From NCBI GenBank assembly GCA_951406725.2, contig OX597817.1, positions 96,720,001 through 96,784,000 of the forward strand: 64,000 nucleotides of DNA, given 5' to 3'. The translations under genes and the position numbers were made by a program. This stretch comes from Octopus vulgaris. Lineage: Eukaryota. Below are positions 52,875 through 64,000 of this stretch, piece after piece (position 1 is the stretch's first letter; the number at the start of each line of letters is the position of its first letter). The notes beneath the pieces are model-generated. The model worked only from the letters and a program-made list of their open reading frames with translations, had not been told where the DNA came from and did no database searches.

Positions 52875-54795
52875 AAAGAAGTTTACCTATGTTCAGCAAT
52901 GTGAGGACCAAAGACTTGAAGTGTGAAAGAGAAAATTGTGATGTTATAGGAGAGAAATGTGTCTGCATGGATGATGGTGCACTTGCATTTAATGATTCTG
53001 CAAAGAAAGAGGTTTGGAAATGCCATTATGAAAGACTGCTGAATATAGAGAATGAATGGGAGGAGGAGAGTCTGCTGAATATTGACCTAATTGAGGGACC
53101 AGCTATCTGAATCAACAGTACTATGGTTGATAAAGCAATTAAGGATACGAAGACAGGGAAAGCTCCTGGCCCATCAGGAATCACAGCTGGCACGCTTAAA
53201 ATATCTGGCATTGTGTGTTATGGTCTAATCACCCATTTGTAAATCAGGTGGTACATGAAGGAGTCATACCCAATGACTGGTGTTGCAGCACCACAGTCAA
53301 CTGCAATAAAGATAAAGGTAATGCCTTAGATAGAAATAATTACAGAGGTATCGAATTGTTGGATCAGGTGATGAAAGTTATGGAGAGGGTCACAGCCCAA
53401 CTAAGTAGGGAGAGAGTTAGACTATATGAGATGCTGTTTGGTTTTGTGTCAAGGAGAAGCACCACAGATGCTACATTTTTGGTAAGGCAGCTACAGGAGA
53501 AATACAAAGCAAAAAGTAAACCTCTGTACTTAGCTTTTGTTAACTTGGAGAAAGCTTCTGACAGGGTCCCTCAATCCCTTATCTAATGATTAATGTGGAA
53601 ACTAAGGATAGACAAGAGGTTGATGAGAGCTGTATAAGCCAGGTACAGGGACAATGTCAGTAAGGTGGTGATTGGCAACGAGTACAATGAAGAATTCGGG
53701 GTACAAGTAGGGGTACACCAAGGATCAGTTTTGAGCCCCCTCTTGTTAATCATAGTTCTCCAAGCAATAACAGAAGAATTTAAGACAGGTTGCTTCTGGG
53801 AGCTCCTCTATGCTGATGACCTTGTTCTTATAGCTGAATCACCACCAGAACTAGAGGAGCAGTTTCAGGTGAGGAAGCAAGGTCTAGAATCGAAGGGCTT
53901 TAGAGTTAGCGTAGCAAAAACCAAAGTCTTAGTAAGTAGGAAGGTGCAGACAAATCACAAATCCCTTCAGGTAGATGGTCCTGCTCATTCTGTAAAAAAG
54001 GTGTAGGTAGACATTCCATAAGATGTGCAGCAATATCAGAGGAAGGTTAATAGGGAAAGTAGCTTTTGTGTGAGGAAGATGCACAGGTACAATAAACACC
54101 CAAAATGTACAGAAAATAGACTACATCAACTGCCAGTGGGGTAAGCTAGAGGTGGTAGGTAGATTCCATTATCTAGGTGACCAAGTTAGTAGCAGAGGTA
54201 GATGCTCTGAGAGCATAGCTGTGAGAATAAGATTAGGCTGAGCCAAGTTCAGAGAACTCCTACATCTACTGGTAACAAAGTGTTTCTCCCTCAGAGTGAA
54301 AGGCAGATTGTATGATGCCTGTGTGTGAACAGTTATGCTACATGGCAGTGAAACATGGGCTGTGACAGCCAAGGACATGCATAGGTTTGGAAGAAATGAA
54401 GCCAGTATGCTTCGCTGGAAGTACAAGGTCAGTGTGCATGTACGACAGAGTGTAACCATCTTGCGAGAAAAGTTAAGCATAAGAGGCATCAGATATGGTG
54501 TTCGAGAGAAACAACTGTGCTGGTATGGTCATGTGATGTGTATGGACGAGGACAGCTGTGTAAAGAAGTGTGGATCTCTATGGAGGTAACCTGTGGTAGA
54601 GGTAGATCCAGGAAGACATGGGACAATGTGGTGAAGCATGATCTTTGAACTTTGGGCCTCACAGAGGCAATGACTAGTGACCAAGACCAGTGGCATGTAA
54701 AAAGAACCTAAGTGTTGGGCCTCTCAGAGGCAATGATGAATGACCGAGACCTTTGGCATCATGCTGCGCTTGAGAAGACCCATCAAGCCAAGTAA
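52875..54795 (+). mobile_element. Degenerate 5'-truncated RTE
   Basis: ORF pieces 52889-54589 are homologous to the RTE at 36415-39720 (YADD, LHGSETW). Confidence 0.9.
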
Positions 54796-54963
54796 ATGCT
54801 TATACCATGCTTATATTTTTAAATGTGTGTCTACATATATAGATGTGTATGTATGAATGCATGTATATACATGGCCAGACTCTGGTGTGTGTGTGTACAT
54901 ATATATATATATAACGATGATGATGATGATGATGATATATATATATATATATATATATATACA

Positions 54964-56119
54964 CTAGTAGTATAGCCCGGCTTTGCTTGGGATTAAGTTA
55001 GGAGTATTAAGCTAATCAAGCTCTTTATTTCAAACCAAACTAAATGACATCGACATCAAATTTGAGAGAAATCCGCTGAAATTGGTAAATGTTTGGCTGA
55101 AAATGAGTTGCAGACAATTTGATTGGGAAATCTCATAAGGAATTGGTTTATCAAGTTTTTCCACTCATCAATTCTCTCTTTTCTCTCTCTTTTACTTGTT
55201 TCAGTCATTGGAGTGCGGCCATGCTGGAGCACCGCCTTTAGTCAAGCAAATCAACCCCAGGACTTATTCTTTGGGAGCCTAGTACTTATTCTATCAGTCT
55301 CTTTTGCTGAACCGTTAAGTTACGGGGACATAAACACACCAGTATCAGTTGTCAAGCAATGTTGAGGGAGACAAACACAAACACACAAACATATACACAC
55401 ACATACATATATATATATACGTATATACGACAGGCTTCTTTCAGTTTCCATCTACCAAATCCACTCACAAGGCTTTGGTTGGCCCAAGGCTATAGTAGAA
55501 GACACTTGCCCAAGGTGCCATGCAGTGGGAATGAACCTGGAACCATGTGGTTGGTAAGCAAGCTACTTACCACACAGCCACTCCTGCATCTGATTGTTTT
55601 TTTGGGCTTTTCTTCCATTCTTGGAGAACTTAAAGCATTCAAAGATCCCATGAGTCCTAAGTAATGCTGGCATCGAGTCTGAACAAAATACATCAAAATT
55701 GGTAAAAGTAATGGTTGAAAATGGAGTGTAGTTAATTTTAGTGGGAAATCCTATAAGGAAGTGGTTTATCAATTTTTTTAATAAAGGAATCAGTTTATTG
55801 ATTTTTCACCCTAAATAGGACTTAACCGAACACAACATTGTTGATTTAAAAACATCTATATTTATACTTTAAAGTTGGTTTTCATACCCAACCCAGTTCT
55901 GCAGAATCAGTGTCGCGATGGGAGCGCATGGGTTGGGAGTTTGATTGGCAGAGGTGATCAGGTTGCATATGCTAACCCTTTTGAAAACACCAACCCATCA
56001 TGTAACCCCCCCACCCCCTTTGCCCATCGGTTGGGAACCCTTCCAGCAAGGAAAATTGAACGCCCAAAAGGGTCTCCGATCCTCTGTGCCAGAAGTGGTT
56101 ATGTTCAGATCACAGCTAA

Positions 56120-56151
<32 letters not shown>

Positions 56152-56764
56152 GGGCAACACACACACATATATACATACATACACCTATTGCATACATGTT
56201 TTTTGTATGCCCTTGCCCCTGCCCCTATCCCACCACCATATGTAAATTAACACAATATATCTGATTAATAATATCTGTTATGATTGTACAGTGGTGGTGG
56301 GCGATAATAATTCACTGTTCTAAAAGACCTGTGGCGGGAATATTTAAACTTTTGCGGCTGTCAACGCTTTCTCACTATAGATACAGACAGACGTACAGTG
56401 GGAGAGGTGGTGGGAGAAAGAGTGACAAAGACACGCTGCAGGTAGAGAGGGAATGAGAGTGGAAGGTGTCAAACATTGTTATAGAGTAAGTGGAGGGAAG
56501 GATGGAAAGAGAGAGATCAAAGAAGACAGGGTGATATCCGAAAGAGAGAAACAACAAACACTTGTCAAAGTCTGGGTTTTGTTGCCCTAGTAACCACAGC
56601 TTTTGAGATAGGGGTTTCTAACCTAGTCCAGTCGCTTCCTTGCCTCTTTTTACATGTCCCTGTAAATTTTGGCGCCAATCCGACCCCATTTACCGCTCCT
56701 TAAATCGTTCCCATCCCAAAATGAGACAAACAACTTTTTCGCATTTCAGCTTTATTGATATTGA
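54964..56764 (-). mobile_element. Non-autonomous Helitron (contains a SINE)
   Basis: 3' CTAG at 54964-67 with adjacent CCCGG..TGGG hairpin; 5' TCAATATCAATAAAGCTGAAATGCG at 56764. Confidence 0.6.
55154..55590 (-). mobile_element. Full-length tRNA/CORE-type SINE
   Basis: tRNA-like head with A/B boxes, CCTTGGGCAAGT core, internal TA/TG repeat, LINE-like 3' hairpins, AG-rich tail. Confidence 0.9.
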
Positions 56765-57182
56765 TGTGTGTATGTATTTGTGTGCATATGGATATTAACC
56801 ATTTAGTCTGGTGGCTTAACTGTATGACCTACTTGAATATATATTTTTCTTTTATATATATGTTATGACCATACATGATCCCTGGTCAGTTAAGCTATAA
56901 ACTAATTAAGATAGCAACTTCAAAAATAGGATAGTTCTGACATAGTTGCCCTCTATGAATCTGACCCACTTTCTCTATAAACTCTATTGCACTTTCTCAA
57001 AATGTCACATATTCCACCATGGTTGTTGGTGAACTTCTCTTTCTACCTTAACTGTTGATATGTTTAAAATTTACCTGATGATGACAGGATTTTGCCACGA
57101 TGTAACTAGAAATGCATGAATAAAATACTACTGAAACAGCTCATGTAAATTTTGAACTCCACTTCTGTTCTTATCTTCTATA

Positions 57183-57603
57183 TTTTACTTGTTCCAGTCA
57201 TTAGACTGCAGCCATGCTGGGGCACTGCCTTGAACTTTAGTCAAATGAATCAACCACAGTAATTTTTTTAAAATCCTGGTACTGTTTGTATCAATCTCTT
57301 TTGCCGAACTGTGAAGTTACGGGGAAATAAACATATCAACACCAATAGGCGAGTGGTGGTGGTGGAGGACAAACACAGGCACAAAGACACACACAAACAC
57401 ATATATATATATGGTGGTCGTCTACTCCTTATGCAGAGTCTGAGCACCTCCTGTACCTACACCTTAGAACCATCATACATACATATGACGGGCTTCTTTC
57501 AGTTTCTGTTTACCACCTGCCCAAGGTGCCATGCAATGGGACTCAACCTGGAACCATGTGGTTGCGAAGCAACCTTCTTACCACCCACCCCACATTTGTG
57601 CCT
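57183..57603 (-). mobile_element. Diverged SINE of the same family
   Basis: Homologous to 55154-55590, with indels. Confidence 0.8.
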
Positions 57604-57633
57604 ATACATACATGCATACACACACACACACAC

Positions 57634-57675
<42 letters not shown>

Positions 57676-57695
57676 TAAATACCAGTGGTAGAGTA

Positions 57696-57856
57696 ATATG
57701 CTTTATTTAAGCAGCAGAAAATTCAACAAAATCTGTTACTCTGAGTTTCTCGTTGCGTTCATCATACAGTTTTGCTAGAATGGAACATATATATTAATAT
57801 ATATGTTCCATTCTATCAATAACAGATTTGTTGAATTTTCTGCTGCTAAAATAAAG

Positions 57857-57860
<4 letters not shown>
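57696..57860. repeat. Foldback containing a decayed minimal hammerhead-like motif
   Basis: Arms are symmetric about ~57796; only the left arm carries the motif. Confidence 0.75.
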
Positions 57861-57885
<25 letters not shown>

Positions 57886-57887
<2 letters not shown>

Positions 57888-58927
57888 CATCATCATCATC
57901 ATCGTTTAGAGTCCGCTTTCCATGCTAGCATGGGTTGGATGGTTCAACTGGGGTCTGGGAAGCCAGAAGGCTGCACCAGGCCCAGTCTGATCTGGCAATG
58001 TTTCTATGGCTGGATGCCCTTCCTAACGCCAACCACTCCATGTGTGTAGTGGGTGTTTTTTATGTGCCAGACGAGGCTGGCAAACGGCTACGATCGGATG
58101 GTGCTTTTTACGTGCCACCGGCATGTGGGCCAGGCGTAGCTGGCAACGGCCATGATCAGATGGTGCTTTTTAGGTGCCACCAGTATGAGGCCAGTTGGGG
58201 CGGCACTGGCAATGGCCACGTTCGGATGGTTCTCTTACGTACCACCGGCACTGGTATCACAGCTGCAATTTCCATTGATGTTGATCGATTTCGATTTTGA
58301 TTTGTATTTTCATTTTCACTTGCCTCAACAGGTCTTCACAAGTAGAGTTTTGTGTCCCAAGAAGGGAAGGTATGCATAAGTGGACTGGCTACATCCCATG
58401 TAGAAGCCACGGGTTATGGTCTCACTTGTCCTGCCGGGTCTTCTCATGCACAGCATACTTCCAAAGGTCTCGGTCTCTAGTCATTTCCTCAGTGAGACCT
58501 AATGTTCGAAGGTCGTGCTTCACCACCTCGTCCCAGGTTTTCCTGGGTCTGCCTCTTCCACAGGTTCCCTCAACCGCTAGGGTGTGGCACTTTTTCACAA
58601 CTATCTTCATCCATTCTCGCCACATGACCATACCAGCGCAAACGTCTCTCTTGCACACCACAACTGATGCTGCTTAGGTCCAACTTTTCTCTCAAGGTAC
58701 TTACACTCTGTCGAGTGTGAACACTGACATTACACATCCATCGGAGCATACTGGCTTCATTTCTTGTGAGCTTACGCATATCCTCAGCAGTCACAGCCCA
58801 TGTTTCACTGCCATGTAGCATGGCTGTTCGTACACATGCATCATACAGTCTACCTTTTACTCTGAGCAAGAGGCCTTTTGTCACCAGCAGAAGTAAGAGC
58901 TCTCTGAACTTTGCCCAAGCTATTCTT
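57886..58927 (-). mobile_element. 5'-truncated RTE (3' ~1 kb)
   Basis: (GAT)n tail at 57886; RT C-terminus RIAWAKFREL...RLRWYGHV; 5' junction in a CA/TA repeat. Confidence 0.92.
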
Positions 58928-58973
<46 letters not shown>

Positions 58974-59060
58974 TATATATATATATATATATACATAGAT
59001 ATACATATACATATATACACATAGATATACATATACATATATACATATATACACATACAC

Positions 59061-59095
<35 letters not shown>

Positions 59096-59830
59096 TACAC
59101 ATAAATATCGAACAAGAATGAGTGCTCAATCCCACATTGGTGGATAAAGATTTTTTATTTGTGTATTGCGGTTCCCATTGGTTTTATGTTACAGAATACA
59201 ATTATCAAGCCTGTCACATGAAACATCAGTGTTCATATCCATTTTGGATTAAAATGCAAAAAGTCAAGGAAAGTTACAATAAAAATATTCAAGTATCTCA
59301 GTAAACAAAAAAGCACAAGACACCAGGGGAACAACTTTTGGTGTTTGTCAAAATTATCATTTAAAAATGCCCATTTTTTCAAAAGTCATGAAGAAACAAA
59401 TCTGACTCTTGTGAATTTTCCGAAATTCCTTTCCCCACTCTACCAAAAACACTTTTTTCCGAAACAAATTCACATATGATTGGAACCTGCACCATCTGAA
59501 GTGTATTTGTAGAAAATTTCATTTGAAAAATATCCATTTTTCTGGAACTATGAGAAAACAAAGTCGGTCAGATACATTTGTGTTTGAATAACCATTGCTT
59601 TAACATAAATATCTTTGAATATAATTTTTTTTAAATACATGTTTATTATGGACTTCAAGTAACATAAGCATGATGATATACAATAAGTGGCGAGAGTGAA
59701 GTGCTTATGACTGGATTAGTTTTGGCATCTTGTGCAGATTCCAATAATATAAAAATTTTTTGTGAAAATATTTTTGTAAGGGTAGTGAGAGGAGTTTTGG
59801 AAACTTCACAGAAGTTAGCTTTGTTTCTGT

Positions 59831-61480
59831 TGTAGGAAACTAGTAATAATGGTACACCTCTCCCACATGACGAGTAGAATGAGCCAGCCACTATAAAGTA
59901 AGGTGATGTCAACCAGTATCGTGAGGAGTACATAGAGTACCAGACAATGTGTAGACTGTACTGAAAGCTGTGTCTGTGCTGATATAGTAATTATACAGTG
60001 GTACTGAGTGGGCACAATAACAATCCAACCTTTTGAGGATAACAACACTGTATGACTGGGGATTGTACAGTGCCAAATAGAAATATCCTGTCGATGACTT
60101 TGGAATATAACAATATGTCACAGTGACAACCGTAATGCAAAGACAGATACAACAGTGGTAACCCATGTTTTGCATGTGGTGATAAGCACCTGAGTAAAAA
60201 TTGTCCATTTAAAAAAGTGGAGCGTTTTCATTGTGGAAATATAGAACATATAATGTCGCATTGTAGAACAAATATGACAAAACAACAGAACAAGGAGAAA
60301 AGGTAAAAGTTTTTCATAGAAATAAAAGGCTAATACAGCAAACAGAAAATTGGTGAATGTGAAAATTAAAAATACAAGAGTAAAAAATTGAAGTTTGACA
60401 CAGATAGTGACATGACTATTATAAACAAAAAATGTGGAAATATGTTGGTAAGCCAAACTTAATTAAATCTAAAAAGGTACCACATGGTGTTATGGGAAAA
60501 AGATTATATTTTTATCGGTGAATCCATATGTAACATAACATTTCGAGGTCAAATGAAAAGTGCTAAGATATATGTATTAAAACATTCAATTTATTTGGCA
60601 CAGAGTGAATACAACTATTTAATTTATGGGATACACCCATAAGTGTTTTGTGTAGAAATATAGATGCCTCAGTCAAGGGTTCAAATAAGACAGAAGAATT
60701 GAAACAAAAAATTGCAGTAAAACACGCAACAACTGTATGTAGGCCAAAAAGAAATGTACCATTTGCAGCTATAGACCAGGTTAACATAGAACTAGAAAGA
60801 CTGGAAAGTTTTGGTATAATTGAAAAGAATAACCATGCTGACTGGGCAACACTGACAGTTTATACAAAAAGGAAGAATGACAAATGAAAAGTTTGTACAG
60901 ATTTTTCAACAAGGGTGAATGAATTTTTTAGTCACACATGTTCACATTAGTTAAAAATTAACACACACTGTGGCTTATGGTAAATTTAAGTGGCTTCCCT
61001 TTGGTGTGGCAATAAAGTGTGAATTCTTAGTGGAAAAAAAATTCAAATACTTAGGACAAGTAATTGATGATAATGGAACGCAATTTGTATCTTGTGAATT
61101 AAAAAAATTTTGAGAAATGCTTGCAGTATGACGCCATACCATCCCAGATCTAATGGACAGGCAGAACGTTTTGTTGCTACCTTTAAAAGAGCTTTAAGGA
61201 AAGCACGGATGAAATAGCTCTTCAGCAATGTTTAAGAGTGTACTGTGTTATACCAAATCCGAATACACCAGCAAATAGCTCACCAGTGGAGTTGATGTTT
61301 GCAAGTAAAGTAAAGTGAGTTTTTGATAAATTGCTACCTGGCAAGAAAAGAAAAAGTGCCAGAGAAGACATAGCAGGATTTTTTAAAGTTGGTGACAAGG
61401 TGTATATGAGGACATACGAAAATGGAAAGCAGAACTGGGAAGAGGGCCAAATTATCAAATACAAAGGCAAAATGATGTAA
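59831..61480 (+). mobile_element. Degenerate Gypsy (Mag/K02A2.6-like): 5' LTR plus deleted pol
   Basis: LTR 59831-60154 (TGT..ACA) then PBS-like GTGGT; RT RPKRNVPFAA..ELERLESFGII..WA; integrase PYHPRSNGQAERFV; FKVGDKVY. Confidence 0.8.
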
Positions 61481-61959
61481 AGAACACCTTTTGAGCATTG
61501 GGCTTCATGGAGACAAAGTGGTTAAGTTCCTTTTGAGCAAAGGAGCCTCACAGGGGTGAAATGGCTGAGTTCCTTTCATGCATTGGGCCTCAAGGAGGCA
61601 AAGTGGCCGAGTTTGTTTCAGGTGTTGGGTCTCATGGAGACAATAACTGAGACCTTTGGCATTATGTCAAGCTCGAGAAGACCCATTAAGCCAGCAAAGT
61701 TGCAATTGTGGTAGATACTGGTTTCAAGCAAATTGGCACTCATGCCAGTGGCACATAAAAGCACTTCGGTGTCATGCTGATGGCACATAAAAACACCCAT
61801 TACATTCTCAGAGTGGTCAGTGTTAGGAAGGGCATCCAACCATAGAAAACAATGCCAAGTCAGACTGGAGTCTGGTGCAGCCTTCCAGCATGCCAGCCCA
61901 GTCAAACCATCCAACCCATACCAGCATGGACAACGGACATTGAATGATGATGATAATGA

Positions 61960-61963
<4 letters not shown>
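61480..61963 (+). mobile_element. RTE 3' UTR fragment with (GAT)n tail
   Basis: GTTAGGAAGGGCATCCA..AACCCATACCAGCATGGA..GATGAT matches the other RTE 3' ends. Confidence 0.8.
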
Positions 61964-61994
<31 letters not shown>

Positions 61995-61997
<3 letters not shown>

Positions 61998-62922
61998 GGT
62001 GCACAAGGTATTTGAGGATATAGCTTTTTTTGGGTCATTGCTGCATTTTGCTAACTCTGTATAATCTTTGTTTCAGAAAATAATAATGGCAGACTCTCAG
62101 CTTACTCAAGAAATGAAGAGGCATGCTGTTATTGTGGTTATAAAGACTGAGCATAGCAATTAGAAAAATCTCGATTTTTAAAAGTTGCCAGATCTTTTAT
62201 CTACAAAGTTTGTAAGGAGCTAGAGACTGAAGATGGAAATGTATCACCAGTATCAAAGCATAAAACACATTCTAAATGCTCTGAAATTATCAGAGTGCCT
62301 GAATTTATCCAGCAGGTTCAACAGACCATTGATTACAATCCCAGAGTGTCCATGAGGTCAATTGCAAAAGATATCCATATGTCAGAAGGAACAATCAGAA
62401 ATGTTGTCCACTAAGACATCAATTTTCTATGACGAGGAAAAGTCAATTTGTTAGAAAAAGCGAAAGAAAATCACTACATTGGATCTAAAAAGGCTCTAAA
62501 ACAAACTGAAAAATCCAGAAGAAGAAGATTTGATTTTGCTTTTCTCAAATGAGAAAAACTTCAACCAAGATCAAAAAGTTAACAGAAAAAAAGGTAGATG
62601 ATTATGTGCTGACCCTTCTAAAGTTCCAAGTGTTATTCATACAAAATTTCTTGAAACTGTCGTGGTTTTAGGAGTTGTCAGCAATGAAGGACACCAAAGA
62701 TTCTTTGAAAGAGTAATGTCCAAAATGAACCAGGACTACTTGATTCAAGTATGTAGATGATTCAGATCTCATATAGAAGCAGATGATGAAGCTGAAGATG
62801 GCTTCATTGAATAACATGATAAAAAAGATTTATGTTTATCCTCATAGCATTTTTAGATAAATAAAGCTATTATCTGTTATTTTATAAACATAAATCTGTC
62901 CTCAAATATCTTATGCACTCTG
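61995..62922 (+). mobile_element. Internally deleted Tc1/mariner (maT-like) transposon
   Basis: TA then TIR CAGGGTGCACAAGGTATTTGAGGA / TCCTCAAATATCTTATGCACTCTG; remnant MKRHAVIV.., FSNEKNF, VLGVVSNEG. Confidence 0.8.
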
Positions 62923-62939
62923 TGTGTGTGTGTGTGTGT

Positions 62940-63595
62940 TAATACCAAAAATGTGCAGAAAATAGACTCCATCAAATGCCAGTGGAGAACACTAGAAGTA
63001 GTTGATAGCTTCTGTTACGTAGGTAACTGAGTCAGTAGCGGAGGTGGATGTTCCTAGAGTGTAGCTGTGAGAATAAGAATAGGCTTGGCAAAGTTCTGAG
63101 ACCTCCTACCTCTGTTGGCAATAAAGGGCCTCTCCCTCAGAGTGAAAGGCAGATTGCACAATGCCTGTGTGTGAACAGCCATCCTACATGGCAGTGAAAT
63201 ATGGGCTGTGACTGCCAAGGACATGTAAAGGCTTGAAAGAAATAAAGCTAGCATACTTCACTGGATGTGCAATGTCAGTGTGCATGCATGACAGAGTGTA
63301 AACATCTTGAGAGAAAAGTTGGGCCTAAGAGGTATCAGATGTGGTGTGCAAAAGAGATGACTGCACTGGTATGGTCATGTGATGTGTATGGACAAAGAAA
63401 GCTGTGTGAAGAAGTGTTGATTTCTAACAGTGGAGGTTAACCCGTGGAAGAGGTAGACTCAGGAAGCCATAGGACAAGATGGTGAAGCATTACCTTTGAA
63501 CATTGAACCTCACAGAAGCAATGACAAGTAATTGAGACCCTTTGAACTTTGGGCCTCATGGAGGCAGTGACAAGTGACTGAGACCTTTGGCAATA
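62940..63595 (+). mobile_element. Degenerate RTE RT C-terminal fragment
   Basis: LEVVDSFCY.., LHGSEIWAV, LHWYGHV homology. Confidence 0.85.
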
Positions 63596-63597
63596 TT

Positions 63598-64000
63598 CAC
63601 TGCAACCCACATTATTAGGCAAATCAACCTTCTCTCAATAAATAAATGTATGTTCATTCAAAACCTGTTGTTTTCCCACTGACTGTTGGCAACACCTATC
63701 TGCACACATTCTGTTAAAATAAATCAGATCTACGCAGGTGGAAACATACAGTAGCCATTATTGAATAGCAGCAACATTTCTGCTGTCCCAAATTATTAGG
63801 CAGGTACCCAATTTAGGTGTCATTATGGGTTAGAAATGTGATCTTACCTCGAATGAGAAGTCTACCATCATGTCAGAGCTTGGAAAAGGAAGAACAACCA
63901 TAGCAATATCGAAAATACTGGGAAGAGATCACCAAACAGTGAAGAAATTTGTGCAATCTCCTATTTCTGTCTGGTGGAGGGGAGATAAGGGTGAATCAAG
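63598..64000 (+). mobile_element. Left end of a Tc1-like (IR/DR-type) element, truncated by the window
   Basis: ATTATTAGGCA repeated at ~63611 and ~63793; decayed HTH MG*KCDLT..TIAISKILGRDHQTVKKFV from 63825. Confidence 0.7.

Larger units (their letters stand above)
44900..57180 (+). mobile_element. Old, fragmented Penelope-like element hosting nested insertions
   Basis: Inverted pLTR ~44900-45230 matches the 3' pLTR ~56860-57180; RT remnant (GSSDSTQVAD, YQDD) ~45340-46050; Asn-rich linker 49716-50819; GIY-YIG ~51950-52330. Confidence 0.75.

Overview
Eukaryotic, AT-rich window made almost entirely of transposons. No host gene is visible. The repeat inventory (tRNA/CORE-type SINEs, RTE LINEs, Penelope elements, huge (TA)n arrays) suggests an octopus or other coleoid cephalopod; this is an inference. 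Contents: (1) three related CR1-group APE-RT LINEs sitting in TA microsatellites, one apparently intact; (2) a young 14-kb Penelope-like (PLE) insertion with an inverted arm, three hammerhead ribozymes and a nested full-length RTE; (3) an older PLE split by a piggyBac-type MITE, a Sola-like transposon, two Helitrons, an RTE and a SINE; (4) Gypsy, Tc1/mariner, RTE and SINE remnants and several small foldbacks. The best novelty candidates are the LINE family (Myb/SANT-like plus atypical CCCH ORF1, a conserved T TTT TTR slippery site opening the -1 ORF2 frame, TA-array residence, and a 3' double hairpin shared with SINEs) and the PLE hammerheads with unusually extended stem II. All YI/IY-repeat ORFs in the track are microsatellite artefacts.
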